64,000 nucleotides of DNA from Phoronis australis (lineage: Eukaryota; Animalia; Phoronida), in contig NMRA01000045.1 in assembly GCA_002633005.1 (NCBI GenBank), positions 609,809 to 673,808 of the forward strand. Reading direction: 5' to 3'. Below the pieces are notes generated by a model, which was not told the DNA's origin, made no database searches, and saw nothing but the letters and a program-made list of their open reading frames with translations. This document shows positions 1 through 14,400 of this stretch, in pieces (position 1 is the stretch's first letter; every line of letters begins with the position of its first letter). The position numbers and the translations under genes were made by a program.

Positions 1-3000
1 AAAATCCATTGAGCATGCTTCTGAAGCTAAGCGAAATAAAAACCTAATTCGTTAAGTTTCCAGTAACATTTTTTGCATCTGTGGTCTATTTGAAATGACA
101 AATTTTTATGACAAAAAGCAAGGATGTGGTTACAAATATGGATTCATTATTTTTGTGCATGCGATAAGTTTCTGTGACCAACAGGTTTGTGAAAATACCT
201 AGGTCTGTGGGTTGCTAATTTACATAGTTAAAAGATGTTAAGAAATTTGATCTTTAGTAACAAAGATTGTCAGAAACTTCTGGGAAGACCTGAACTTTGA
301 TGTCATCGAAGTTATCTTTAGATGACGCTCTCAACAATGAGATTTGTGTGCATAAAAATTTGTAAACATTTTGATCAAATATTCACTATTCTTCTACTAT
401 AAGCATTTCATTTCCTTAAAACAGACATTGTCACTCGTCCAGGTGTTCTCTGTTTAATAACTCACAGTTTGATGATTTTTAGTATGTATTGATTAATCTT
501 CTGTCTGGAGGAACAGCTTAACTGGCCTTTGACTTCATGGAATTAAAAATTAATAGCTCACATCTTTTGCTGATTTCAGAAACAAATACCCAAGCTATGT
601 GCTAGTTTTCAGCTGAAATCGCAGATCTACTGTAATAATTTTGTTCATAATTCATTTCCAATCTAGGATTACGTGATTAGGCTGCTGATCTGCTTCATAT
701 GTCACGAACAATGGAAAGTGAATGCTGTTTTTAATTTCCACCATAATTCAGCTATCTCTCATATTGCATCTGCTAGTTGGCTCTACACCTAGAGAGCATG
801 CTGAAAACACTTGCAGAAATGTTTTGTAGTGTAATGTCATCCATGGAAACGTGATTCAGTATCCGATGTTAGCGCCCATCTGCCTCATACATTTGTTATC
901 AGGCTAGGTTTGTCCGTGGTTACTCTGTGAGTTTTGCTAGTCGTAATTGCTTTCTTGTTAAGCAACTGTAACTAAATTACTAGTTTCAGTAGCGCCTAAT
1001 GATAATGACTGCAAAACAAGTCCTGCTCACTTCCATTTGTAATACATGCGTTCTCTGGCTGTCACCGGAAACATTACTGCTAAGTTGCAGTTCTTTATAA
1101 TATCTGTCTTCTTTTAATTAGAGAGATAAAAAGTTTCGCGGTTGTAAATTACTGTAGAGAGTTGTCTGTGCTAAATTGCAGTATAAACAAAGTAACAGTT
1201 ATCCCAAGCTTCATAAAATGAATTTGCCTGAGTATCAAGAAAGGTATGGCTAAAGTCTTGTTATTACTGACATTTGTTGGAGTGTGTTCATATACATCAA
1301 TAACCTATAAATAAAATCCTCTAAATTTGATTATTTATTCTTAGAATAATTCTACAAATTTTCTATGGACTGTTAGTCAACTCTAGCCAGTCAGCTAGCT
1401 TTAGGAAGACTATCGTCAAAATACAACTATGTACCACCGTGTATTGAGCTCCGTTAGACCCCAAAATTTCACCCAGCTCTGGCAGTTCTGCTGGTCACCT
1501 TTTCGAGAAACGTATATCAACACGTAGAGCTAATGACTTAATGGGGTGCAGGGAAAATCTAGGAGTCAACCGACACTCACCTTGCCCGTTGTAACTGTTT
1601 AGGTCATTTTCTCGCATTCTCCGCCTTTTGTAGAAAAGAAACGTCCGTCCTTGTTTTGAAAACAGTTCGTTTGTGTCATTTTTTTGTTCTTTTTGATGTC
1701 TTTTTCTATTTTGTCCTTGCTGCAATAATGAAAACGTTACCAAATGTCATTTTATGGAATCTAAACAGTACCAACCAGACTAGTGATCGATTAATGTTCT
1801 CTTAGTACAGATTGTGATCTCACTGATTTAGGACACAGTGTTGCAGACACTTTTTAAAAAAAGACAAGTTAGCGCTAAATAAAAGGGTTAATCTTGTTGA
1901 TAGTCTATAACATAGCTACAATCAGACAATGTGGGCATTTATGAGAGTGTTAGAGGCTTTGAAAATTTGAAAAAGATCTACGTTGATAATTATTTTACGT
2001 GTAAAATTCGCTCGAGATTTTATCATAATTACAGTAATGTGTTTTGAAGTGCTTTTAATATCTAATGGTTTGCTTCGTCACCGTGGGCGTGGACACTGTC
2101 CCTACGAAAGCACTGATCATTAGTTTATGAGATAGATGGCATGCTAACGAGAGTTGTACGGAGATACATTTAGGGATTAAAATGGTGTGTCTATGAGTGA
2201 GTACTCAATATGTGAGGCAGATGGTGGACAGAGGCTTCTGTGGTTCAATCTGTTTTTGTCACGGCTGAATCAGACCCTGAGAGTCGATGTTCGAGTATTT
2301 AGGATTTGTCCTTCTGGTGTGAGTTGAGAATTTTTAAATTTTCTTGAAAAAAGACAGTATGATTTAAAAACTCATTTGTAGGGAACTTTTATGAAGAAGT
2401 TGAAATTTAATTGAAAAAGGCACCTTTTTGTACCACAACTGATCATGAAATAGAGATTTGTTTTAGTTAGTCACTACTGTGTTGTAACCTCCTGCAGCCA
2501 GACCTCCATACAATGCAGGATTGAGCTCTGCATTTAGAAGGTCGATTTTTCAGTTTGTTGTTGGAATTCAAAACATTACCAGAGTTGTTTGGAAACTACG
2601 GTAAATTTGGGAAGGATAATTTCCAAAATTGGCCTTTTTTCATTTTTTCAAAGGCCCCTAATGTTGTGAATGGCCGCGGTTTCTCATAACATTGTCCAAT
2701 GGTAGATATGATATAGAATTTAGGCTGATAAAGCCTTTATTTTGCATTACTCATCTTTTATAATGAAAATCAAAAAAATAAAATTTCACTTGACAGTCGT
2801 AGATTATGTTTTACGAGAATTCCTGTGGAAATGAAGGCTTTTTGGGCGACTAAATTAGGCTTGCCATCCCTGGAATGTTACCGACTTAGTATTGCACACA
2901 AGCAAACCCATGAACCACTTCGGCGACTTGGTGTTTTCCATTATTTTGTTTTTTTGTAGTTGTGGCTATTATACTTGCCATTAGGAATGGACCCTGCTTT

Positions 3001-4596
3001 TGAAATCTGCAAAAAACTCCAGATACAAATAGGACCTTTTTGCCATTCTTTGGCAGTTTTTCCTTTCTAAATCAAAGTTTTATATGCTATATACTTTTTG
3101 TGAAGACATGTGATGTAGGCCTAGATTTGGTGTAACTTTTTATAAAAACAAGTCGGGTCCAAAACTATTTGTCGACTTTAGTTTTCAAGGTTTTAAAGCT
3201 CAGTTGGTTTATCAACTTTTGGATGAAAGAAATAATGAAATCCTCATGAAAAAGATTCTAGCATTTCAAGCAAATGAATGTTCTCACATCATTGTTAATT
3301 ATCTTTACGATCAAACTGCATCTTGAACTATGATATGGAACATGATTCGGAAGTCTTATACCAACCGTAGAAAAATTACTAATGATTCTAAGGAGATATT
3401 TTTAAGTGAAACTTGTTTCCGAGTGTATATCAGTATCATTGCTGCACTTTAATAGCTTTTGCGGCAACCCTTTCGACACCAGTATGGCGATTATTCACGT
3501 TTTCCATGTCTGCGTGTCACATCTTTTCACGCTTGCTACTCTTTCGTGATATTTTTTATTGTTTACCATGCTTTGCTGTCACATTTTTACATTTTGTTAG
3601 GTTTTGCTTCATTTACTTGTTTTTTCCAATCTCAGAAAGATGTGAACCACCAAGAATGAAGTAAATTTTTCATTGTCATTTATTTTCTGAGATCTTTGAC
3701 AAAACTAAATTTGGCCTCTCTTCCACGTTGCATTCCAATTGTTTAAAGTTACATTTTGTCCTGTTCAACTGGCTAATAGACGATAATCAAATTAGGTCTT
3801 TAACTCTCATAAAATTGGTCTCATAATATTCTTTATGGTGTTTGGAGGGCTTGGTAAACTCTAAAATGGCGCGTGTAAGCAACGCCTGTGATTTGAGACG
3901 CCTGCTCATCTGGCAGTACGGTAACTTAAGTTTGGGTGAGCATGGTTAAGTTCTCAGACCCCAAACCGCTTCAGTTAAGTATTCTACAGCATCAGCTAAA
4001 CTGGCGAAATTTAGATTTAAGTGTTTATTTGAATTGTAAATTGATCCCAAATTATTTTTCTCACTTATTTCTAACTATTTGCCATAAAATTATCTGATCA
4101 TCGCAACTTGGAAGGTATTACTCAATGACGTTCATTTTGGTATTGAAAATCAGTCAACTTGATATTCATCGATGTTATCATTGCTGTTTAAATATTGCTA
4201 CCATGGATTGTCTTTTCACCAGGTGAAACAGCAAATGTCAGTATTCTACTATGAAGCTTTTCAACATTTACTTTGAAGTTTTGAAACAATTGCATTCTGG
4301 GCCCGGGATCTAATCTTTGTACTTGAAATATTTTTTTATTTTCCATTCTATTTTTATACAAACTCAAGTACACCATGGTTTGTATGAACGGTTAACTTCC
4401 GTCCTGGATTGCACCAGTTAACTTCGCAGTAAACAGTCAGGTGGATTTAACAGTGGAGCGTTGATGCTGTGATGCAGTATGAATGGTCAACTCTGGTCTC
4501 ATCGAAGTTATTGCCATGGGCCACTGCTTTCGTCAACAATTTTAGGGCAGTGTCGTTGCTAATAGTTGCTTATAGTTTCCTTAGAAAACCACCAAT

Positions 4597-6255
4597 AGCG
4601 GAGTTGCAACGCCGCCATATTGGAAATGGGCCAGAATGTTGCATTGTGGTTAAGCTGGTAAACAAGTACGTCGGCAAGCGTAGGGGCGAACCGGCCACAG
4701 GGAGGTTATACGTGTTGTGTGCCTGGCATGCTATAATACCAGTTAGCGAAATAAAAGATTTAGTTACTACCTGTTTCCCAAGGATCAAGAACTGCGTTAA
4801 ACATGGGTCAGAGACATCGGTAGAGCTGGTAGCAAAGGCCGACTTCGTGAATTCTTTCCGACTTCGTAGCATAAAGTGTGCAGCGCTCATTTTGAGGGCG
4901 GCAAGAAAACATATCTTAAAAACTGCCCAACAAAGAAACAGTAACAAATACTCCACGGCGGTTGGTAGTGAAAAAAAACTTGTTTTCGCTTGACCAGAAC
5001 TAAGCCAACATCATGAGCAATTTTGACAATAATGTCTCTGCACAATCACCTGTTCTGGGTCGACTCACTTAACGTATGCACAATATATGCATTACGCGCT
5101 AAGATAAAGCGTGCAGATTATTATTATTTAGTTTCTACAAAATTGTGGTACATTGCTATCAAAATTCGTTGTTAAATTACGATCATTTTTCATAAAATTT
5201 TGCTGAAGTTCCAGGGCGAAATCTTGCCGACAAATGCGTAGCTGCTGGTCTCGCAATCGTCGATAGGGCTTGAATTCTTAAATAAGAATACAGCTTTGAC
5301 TCAACAAATTACCTGAAATCCTCCTCAAGTTTTCCAAATAGCGTCTCTANNNNNNNNNNNNNNNNNNNNNNNNNNNNNNNNNNNNNNNNNNNNNNNNNNN
5401 NNNNNNNNNNNNNNNNNNNNNNNNNNNNNNNNNNNNNNNNNNNNNNNNNNNNNNNNNNNNNNNNNNNNNNNNNNNNNNNNNNNNNNNNNNNNNNNNNNNN
5501 NNNNNNNNNNNNNNNNNNNNNNNNNNNNNNNNNNNNNNNNNNNNNNNNNNNNNNNNNNNNNNNNNNNNNNNNNNNNNNNNNNNNNNNNNNNNNNNNNNNN
5601 NNNNNNNNNNNNNNNNNNNNNNNNNNNNNNNNNNNNNNNNNNNNNNNNNNNNNNNNNNNNNNNNNNNNNNNNNNNNNNNNNNNNNNNNNNNNNNNNNNNN
5701 NNNNNNNNNNNNNNNNNNNNNNNNNNNNNNNNNNNNNNNNNNNNNNNNNNNNNNNNNNNNNNNNNNNNNNNNNNNNNNNNNNNNNNNNNNNNNNNNNNNN
5801 NNNNNNNNNNNNNNNNNNNNNNNNNNNNNNNNNNNNNNNNNNNNNNNNNNNNNNNNNNNNNNNNNNNNNNNNNNNNNNNNNNNNNNNNNNNNNNNNNNNN
5901 NNNNNNNNNNNNNNNNNNNNNNNNNNNNNNNNNNNNNNNNNNNNNNNNNNNNNNNNNNNNNNNNNNNNNNNNNNNNNNNNNNNNNNNNNNNNNNNNNNNN
6001 NNNNNNNNNNNNNNNNNNNNNNNNNNNNNNNNNNNNNNNNNNNNNNNNNNNNGTTGGGGCACTTGTTGAGCCATGGGCGCTAATTAGGGCGAATAGCGGC
6101 AGAATTACATACAGCAGCGTAGTTTAATGCACACAAATTACACGTCGTGCAAACCAGTCGGTCATCCCGTTTACCATCAACAATCCCAGTAGCCTTTGCG
6201 CACCCTAATTTCCGGACATGCGCAATCGTTAAATCGATTCGGTTGCAACTCCGCT
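4597..6255. mobile_element. DNA transposon with 14-bp TIRs (AGCGGAGTTGCAAC) and AT target duplication; ISL2EU/PHIS-like; spans an assembly gap
   Basis: AT-AGCGGAGTTGCAAC at 4595-4610 and GTTGCAACTCCGCT-AT at 6242-6257. The empty site is visible in the sister copies of the host repeat. Confidence 0.7.
5350..6051. other. Assembly gap (N run)
   Basis: 702 consecutive n. Confidence 1.
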
Positions 6256-6517
6256 ATTGAATTAGACATAAGTTTTATGACAATAAGCACACGTAAATGT
6301 TCTCAAACTGTCACGCTAAACAAAATCTTAGCATGCACAGGATGCATCAGCGCTTCTTTGCAGTTACTTCAATGACAACAGTGTCACCAGTCGTTTACTT
6401 TGATGCAGTTTAAACCATCGAAGCTGCAATGAATGTTTTGATTAACTGCGCAGTTTACATTGACGCTCCGCTCGTACCAGACTTAAATTAGTGCGAGTGG
6501 GCCTTAAGTATCAGTGG

Positions 6518-6563
6518 GTGTGTGTGTGTGTGTGTTCGTGCGTGTGCGTGCTTGTGCGTGTGT
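6518..6563. repeat. (GT)n / GTGC microsatellite
   Basis: gtgtgtgtgtgtgtgtgttcgtgcgtgtgcgtgcttgtgcgtgtgt. Confidence 0.9.
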
Positions 6564-7797
6564 CTGTTTGAAATACTGGTGGCTGTATGTAATTTTTGTT
6601 GTCATCGAAATGAAACTGCTGATTTACGTTTTCTGTGGAAAAAGTACAAAAGCGTGTTATTTTTTCTAGTCATGGCATCTATTAAATAACTAAATTTTAT
6701 TATGTCACTGCATAAACTGTCACTCTCCTCAGATTGTGACAGTTTGTGCAGATCTTTGAAGCATTCGTAACAATTTGTGGGTGGTGAAATTCTTCAAACT
6801 GTAGTAGCTCTCAAACTGCGATATTTTGTACTTACCTTCGAAACAAAGGCTGTAAGAATTGCAAAAAGTGCAACGATATTGAAAACGAGGTTACCGTCAT
6901 GTACGTTACGATATCACTGACAGATGTCAATCATTTGCTTTTCGTTCTTAAGGCCGCTTGGAGTCTTCACCCTCCCTTGGTCGTCAGTCATTTTCACGCG
7001 GGGACTTAAGACTTGCACAAATTGTCTCTGTACCTAATTGCATTTCAGTTATGGTATAGTGAGACAATTCATTCTTTGAAGATCACGAACTGTCACAGCT
7101 TGAACCCGGGTAACAACAATTTGAACAACCCACAAATCCCACATTGTCACAACTTAAAAATATAACAGTTCATGCTTCTTCGATTGTCTGCACAAAAGAT
7201 ACGAATTTCTGTGCAAAAATGTAATGACTGGATGAAAACACAAAGTCATGTAGAACTTTTTAAAATTAGTTATCTTAATGCCTTCTGATTGGTACTAATG
7301 ATGCAGTTAAAGTTGTTGAAGTGGCTGAAAAATGGAAATTGACTGGTGTAAGTTTTACTTTCATGAAATTGGTCTCATAGTAGTCCTCAGCATGATAGGG
7401 TTCTATTCCAGTTCGGATTTAAATAACGTACATGAACATCAAAATCATCAGCCACTCAAGAAAACGCTTCAGGCTTAAATGAGTTGTCCAACCTGAAATT
7501 TGAAAATGGTGCCTGTGTGCATTGCCTGTAACATGAGTTGGCAGTTAAGGCATATCATGAGACCCGCTTTATGAGACTAATATATCCTGTTCGCACCATT
7601 GGGGTTATAACATTTGAAACCCATTTAAGGGGTTATGAGTATTGATATGAGCACTTTAAAACCGGTTTTAAATTTGTAACTAAAAAAGTGGTAACTATAC
7701 AGCAGTCACTACACTATTGTAACTTGGTGTGAACATCAGAGTTGAAAACATTATAACCCAGTAGATGGCACTGTTGTCCAATCTCTTTGAAACAATG

Positions 7798-7859
7798 ACA
7801 CACACACACACACACACACACACACNNNNNNNNNNNNNNNNNNNNNNNNNNNNNNNNNN

Positions 7860-7896
<37 letters not shown>
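7798..7896. repeat. (CA)n microsatellite with an internal N gap (7826-7859)
   Basis: Pure CA runs on both sides of the gap. Confidence 0.98.
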
Positions 7897-7899
<3 letters not shown>

Positions 7900-8559
7900 T
7901 GGGGTGAATTGGAAGGCGATACCCACAAGGCACGATTTCATCAAAGCATGAATTATAATGGTTTTAGCTGTCAGTGTGAATTGTACCATTACATAACACT
8001 TTACAATTATAGAAAAAGTTACAAAGAAGTTTAGTTGGTCTGAGCACAGCTGTAGGCCTAAGGGCGACTAACACACAGCTTTATGTTTTGAAAAATTCTA
8101 GTTAGTGTAAGTATTGGCAAATTCTGAGTACCACCTATTAGTATCTCTGTTAGTGGGAACAACCACTAATTAAAGCGAATTATATTCTGAAAGGTTATCG
8201 TTCCTGTGACGCTTGCAAGTAATAACTTATATCTGCAAGTTTAATTAGGAATCCTCGGATTGGCATTTGAAGTTTGTGGTGCATTTTTCTGTGGTTTACG
8301 AAGTTCAGAGTTGGCTACAGTAATTCTTTACCTGTTTTGCACAATAGTAAGTGCCAAAATTGTAATTTTCCATTTTTCAAAAGCCGATTACTGCACTTAA
8401 ATTAACCAATTGTTGCTTTATGGTATGTATACATTACAAATCTTATCACTAATGTACTAAAATTTTCTTTATCTGTATTTTTGGGAGAACATGGACTATA
8501 TTTCGGAAGAGTTGCATAAGCATTTAGTTGAATAAAGTTATGAATATATTTTGTCTCAG

Positions 8560-8830
8560 TGTAAGATCTTTGTAAAATTTGCGAAGTCTATTGATTTCCC
8601 ATATGAACATGGTAACACATGAAAACTTTTTGGACGGATCCGACTACAGCTTTGCCGTACCTGGTGACAATTCTGTTTCGTTGCATTTGCGTCTCCATCT
8701 TTGGAGTTTTTGGATGGATTTCCATGAAATTTAGCAAATGGATTACTATTAGCGAGGTGGTGACACCTTTTTGTTTTTGGACTGATTCAACATATTCTGT
8801 GCCACCTGTTGGCCTTTCTGAGCACTTTGT
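8560..8830 (+). repeat. Degraded monomers of the Helentron/DINE-like internal repeat
   Basis: ggacggatccgactac, ggatttccatgaaattt and gtgccacctgttggcc match the monomers at 23690-23875 and 50640-51680. Confidence 0.6.
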
Positions 8831-8961
8831 GTTGCTCTTAGGATTTAAGTTGTGTACGTCTGCTTCAAATGAACGATGACAGTAAACAGAATGGGAAATT
8901 CTGCGTGTGTTACGAATGACAAAATAACACCAGTGGGACATTGAATCGGTTGCATAACTTA

Positions 8962-11406
8962 CCGTAAATGTTCAGGTTAACGCCTATGCTCAGTTAACCG
9001 CCCACCCCCTACTTAGGTGGATTTTCGATTTAACCGCCCACTGCTCAGTTAAGTGCCCCCCTGCGATTTTTGAAGATTTCCAGTTAAGCGCCCACCTCTT
9101 GGTTAAGCGCCCATCCTGGACTTTTAAAGAATGAAGATTTAGCGCCCAGTGCTAAGGAAACGCGCGATTCCCCGACTTTTAGAAAAAGATCGATGATCAC
9201 AATGAGCGCAACGACGCCGGGCCTCCCAGACAGTTATTTAGCAATGTGAATTACAATACAAGTAACGAGTTATTGTCTAGGGTCATGGACTCACTTCAAA
9301 ATATACTTGAACGTTTTTGTCACTTTATTTTCTTCCCATGTTTACAAAGTTGAAGAATGCCGCCGGCGTCAAAACTTCCGTTTTCAGCGACTTTGTCTGC
9401 CGCGCTGAGTTTCATCTGCAGTGCACTAGATAAATCATATATTCGAAAAAATAACGCCAGAGAAATGTGACAATGGTTTTGCCAACCCTCCAAATTCTGT
9501 TAAGGTGGGAAGCTCTTGTACTTTGAGCAAATCTCACAACTCACGGAAAGATGTCAAATTCTCAATATTTTGATGAATGTAACTGCCGGGTTATAGAAGA
9601 TGTGTGGCGACTGAAGGGACAGTACAAGTGCCTTATTGGGTTACCAATTTCGTTGCTGCCTATCAATTTCTGGATTCAAAGGTTGGCAATAATGTATGTT
9701 TGTGTATGATCTTGAGGTAATAAAAAACTGCTAGTCAAATTTTGTTTTTCGCTTACTGCCTCTCAGTCAAACTGGCATTAGCAGATTTAAGTAATGTGGC
9801 TGGCTGTTCTTTGCTATTTCTTGCATCAGCCCCCACGTATAAGCGTGACTGTGTGAATTATCGTTTCCACATCCCCTTTTTCGCCATCCAGAATAATTTT
9901 GTTTATACATTGGCCAGTTTCAGCCTGAACAAAAATTCTTACCATTCGAGTCTGAAATATCTACGACGTAGACTAACTGAAAATTGGCGATAGTGGGTAG
10001 GAGATTCACACAGCTAGCTACGGGCATGGGCTTAGGGAGCATCGAGCGGGGAAATATCGGAATAGACTTGACATCGCAGTTTTGGGGAACATTGGCAACA
10101 GAGGAAAGAACTGGGTCTTTCGTAACAACAGCTTAAAAGTACATAGTCACGCCCGTTTTTGTTACTTAGGGCTAGTCTCTTTTGATGTGTGACTTTGTAG
10201 TCATTTTGGTGCACGTGCGCAAGTTCCCACACTTTGTAGGGCATGTTACCTTGACACCAACATGTGATTCACAGGTTACTCACTCGTAGGCCCTATGTGC
10301 GTGCTGATTCCCGCCACTATCTTTGGCCATAAAAAATGAGATGCATATTGAATGAGGCCGTTATATTACTTGACGGCATTTCCAAGTCTCGACTGTCAGC
10401 CGACTGAGACATTGCTTGCTAACAGCGGGACCAAACAGTGCCGCAGTGTGATAGGCCTATTGCAAGTGATATAAATAGGATAATCTGGACATCTTGCGTG
10501 AAAAATAAATGTTTTTCCACCATGAAGTTTGGTAAGGTGATCGTTTAAGAATGAATTGAAACATCGCTGTTTTGTGGCGTTTTATCACATATTTATGTCG
10601 TGGCTCGAAATTTTATTCTTGATTGATGAGTGGCTCATGGCCGCTTAACCCCGATTCTTGTCTTAGGCCTAGTTCTTTGCCGAGCATGTTTGGTGCAACG
10701 GCAAGTGAGCAATGCCGGGCGGTCGAGATAAAACAGCTTGCCGCAGAACCATACGCTGAAAATGTCATTGAGTCACGGAGTGTCGACTATAAACATCCTA
10801 AACACAAAAAACATCTGAATTAAGTTTTTTAAACTTTTATTACAACTAATTTTAAAACTGCTCTCAGACGTATGAACTTGGCAGCTCAGTACGAGACTGT
10901 AACCATAAATTTGATGTCTGCTGTGACCTCTGCAACACGTGAAGCTTGCACGTGCGCACACTATAACAAGGTCACATCTTGAAATAGTTGCAATCCAAGT
11001 AGAGGCTGCGTGGTCACTGGTCGTCTGCGCTCTAGAGGGCAAAGTAACAAGACCACAGTACGCCACGGGGCTATTACTCAGCAATTCTGTGAATTTAATA
11101 GTGAATAACTAATTTGAGGGCAGGAGAATCTTTTTTGGGATCATCCGCTGTTATGACATTTTTCTCGTCATGTGGCGACGTGACGATAACGCTCTTTGAA
11201 AAGTGCTACGCGTTCCGAGTACTACGAGGTAAGATTAACCGCCCAGGGCGGTTGCCTGTCGTAATAAGCGCCCATGTTCGGTTAACCGCCCACCCTGGAT
11301 TTCTTGAAATTTCACGTTTAAGCGCCCATGTCTGGTTAACCGCCCACCCCCGATTTTTTGGGTTTGCCAATTTAACCGCCCAGGGCGTTAACCCGAACAT
11401 TTACGG
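8962..11406. mobile_element. Non-autonomous Tc1/mariner-pogo-type DNA transposon (~2.4 kb) with TA TSD and 23-bp TIRs
   Basis: TA-CCGTAAATGTTCAGGTTAACGCC (8960-8984) and GGCGTTAACCCGAACATTTACGG-TA (11384-11408), one mismatch. Clusters of TAA(C/G)CGCCCA at both ends. No transposase ORF seen. Confidence 0.85.
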
Positions 11407-14400
11407 TATTTATCTCAAAAGATTACCATAGTTCAGGTTAATATTGCGCTACCTGTCACTCATCAGCAGAAAGGTAACAAAGAGAATGCAGAATGCTTAA
11501 AAACAACACTTAGTGAAAAATTAAACAAATTTCTTGTTCATTCATCTTTATAATGAAAGAAAAATAAAAATGTCAAATTTGTTAATACTAATTGATATTT
11601 AGGCCTTAACACGCATATTCTTGTTGGTGAAGCGCATTTCATTTTAATTGAACCAGCCTTCTTGGAGTCATTTGCTTCTTTTATTGTACTTTTATTAAAA
11701 TTGAGTGTTTTCAATAAAACCATGCAAAGCACATGACCTTGCGAGTATTTTTGCAGTGATATATCTAGTTTAACATCAATAATTCCGAGCTTCAAAAGAA
11801 ATTTGTGTGCTGCAATTTTTGCACTCGGGATTTGCAATTGCAATTGGATATCAATTCTTACTAGTAGAACAACAGTTTAGCAATCTGTGGCAAACAAGTT
11901 TATTTTTGCGGAAACTAGTTTGACGTACTAGTTTGATGCAATTCAAATGTTTTTTTTTTTGTTTTGAAACATCTCACAGGCGCGTCATGCTGACCTTCAC
12001 ATGAACTGTACACAGGTTTGGTTTTTGGTCGAACCGTCAATGTGAAAGTTACGAATCACACTCAGATATCCGTTGAGCTATTTTCTGATTTGTTCACATT
12101 TCACCTGTGATTACATCCTTGAGGTTGATTTAGAGTACTATCTATCTAAATTTTATAACTTCTTTATTATGTATGTGACTGTATTTATGTATATGTATAT
12201 GTAATATATGCACCTTATATTCGCCATTACAAAGGACATCCTTCGTATTTCAGGTCACATTGCCACTTACATTTCACACACTAGTCCGTACATCTGCAGC
12301 AGTTTGACAAAAAAGACCTTCGAACTAGTTGGTTGGAAAGGTCATCTATGTATAAGATTACCTGATTGAACAAATGAAACAAAGTGCTTGAAATATTCAT
12401 TTGCGTTGTTTTTGTTAACGTAGATCATTAATTCAAATTTGGTTGAGAAAATACGTGACCCTGTGACGTGGAGACTAACTACTAAACTAGAGTCGGTGAG
12501 TGTAAAATTTTGTGTTTTCCAGTAGCAAGAACTTAAAGCCAGTCTCTTCGTTTGCAGCATGTGTCTTGTGTGGTTGGCATTGGATCTGGACTTGAGCTAG
12601 AATCATCAGGAATTTTATCCTCAAGACTTCTTCAAATTATTTTATTGTCCAAAGCTGTTTCTGCAGTTCTTGTTGACAGTAATGATTTTTGATCGAGATC
12701 AGTTCAATTCCTTATAGAAATTCAAAAGTTGTAATACTCTTTTAGCAATTTGGGTTCGAGAGCTGTACAAAATGTGAAGTATTGATTTTTCAGCAATAAC
12801 GTGTTTGGGGAATGAATTTCATTTCGTGATAGAAGCCTGTGAAAGGAAGAAGACAAAAAAGACAATAGAAACCATTTCATGCTTGCTGATTAATTTACAG
12901 TGACATTTGCCAGTTCCTCTCCACGATGATACATTAGTTTTGCATCAAATAATGGCCCCTGCGGATATGCGACACAGAACATCACTTGAGCTTCATTAAG
13001 TACTGATCATTTTCTGAAAAGGTTATTAAATCCTTTGTTACCAGTCGGGTTGTATAAAGTTGGCATGGTAATTCTCCGCTTATTTTGCAAAAAAAGTTGC
13101 CAAAATGGTCCTTTTTTCATTCTTCCAAGGCTGATTACCTTTTGCAAATCAATGGGAGGTTCAGCAAATGTTTTTTGACATCTGCACGCCACAACCATTG
13201 TTTGTAATAGACTGAAAGTGGTCTTCTTTATTTTGATTTATGTAGAATTTTAACAAAGTAGAATTTTACTCTTCATCCATGTTTTTTGCTAAAGTGAAAA
13301 TTACTGGAATCGTAGAAAATCTGTGACAAAAAAATTGCATCATGTAAAAGGATTTCCACTGGCATTCTCTAGTCATGTGTTTTAATGACGTGTTCTGGGT
13401 TGCTATTTGAATTTCTTTTTGCTGTCTGGCTTAATGGTCGCGACAAAAGTGTTAAAGAAATTTTGGAGTATGGTAATTTTTCACATATTTTGCACAAAGA
13501 CAAATGCCAAAATGACCATTTTCAGAATTTTCAAAGGCTGCCTCGGTTGCAGATGACGAAAAGTTACCAAGAAGTGTTGTTTTATCAAAGCACAGACTAC
13601 GTTGCATATTGAATAGAATTTCCTTGATGCTGGTTTTTTATTGAGAAATGTGATGAAATGAATTTCCATGTTTCAGAAATAGCATGTAGTAAATATGTGA
13701 AGAGTTACCATACGATCGCCCTTCGAATGGTTCATTGGTTGTCATATTAGCAAGGCAAATTTTCCCGCATTGGTTCAGCACACTAATTTACTGTGTTACG
13801 TGCCATAGACATCTTTATACTATTGTCTAATGGTACATCCGCACATATTTGAATAGTACGATCTGGATATCCAACAGGTTGCAAAAAGTGATGCTGAGGT
13901 GTTTGTCGTATTAGTGGCACTAACGTAATCAATATCAGGACTGCTTAGATAATCACCATTTTCATGTTTGCATTCACGCTCCTTGTATTTTTATCAATAA
14001 TCACTGTTCTTCATAATGGCAGGGGTTTCCTTTGTTTTGCAGTGAATGTATGCGCCCATATGAAGATGAATTTGTACACTAATGCGCACAATGAACTCTT
14101 TACAAAAGTGATTACGAGAACTTAAATGAAATGTGTTACTCTGATGGAAAATTTGTTTGTGTATTTGCACGCTGGATTTTGTGTTGCATTTCCTGCCTGT
14201 TTGGCGTGAAACAAAGTTAATGCAACTTCTGGCGAGCTCAAGACCTATTGCTTTTCGTCAAAATATGGTGCAAGATGGCTTCGCTCCTCAAAACGCTTTC
14301 AGTGTTTTTGTTTGTTTGTGGGGCTGTCATTCATCCACGCAAAAAGTCAACTGACTGTAGTTCAGTAAGTCAAGTTTCTTGGAGGAAAGGAAGGATCATG

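Larger units (their letters stand above)
4390..6490 (+). mobile_element. Copy of a ~440-bp MITE-like family, interrupted by a nested insertion
   Basis: 4390-4596 and 6256-6490 together align with the uninterrupted copies at 42201-42642 (+) and 44045-44430 (-). Shared blocks include gttaacttccgt, cttcgcagtaaaca, gtggatttaacag, cacacgtaaatgttctcaaa and gtttactt.gatgc. Confidence 0.75.

Noticed and set aside
5325-6074. 249-aa minus-strand ORF
   Set aside because: Almost entirely an N gap.
7695-8034. CV/TH-repeat ORFs
   Set aside because: Translations of the (CA)n microsatellite and gap.
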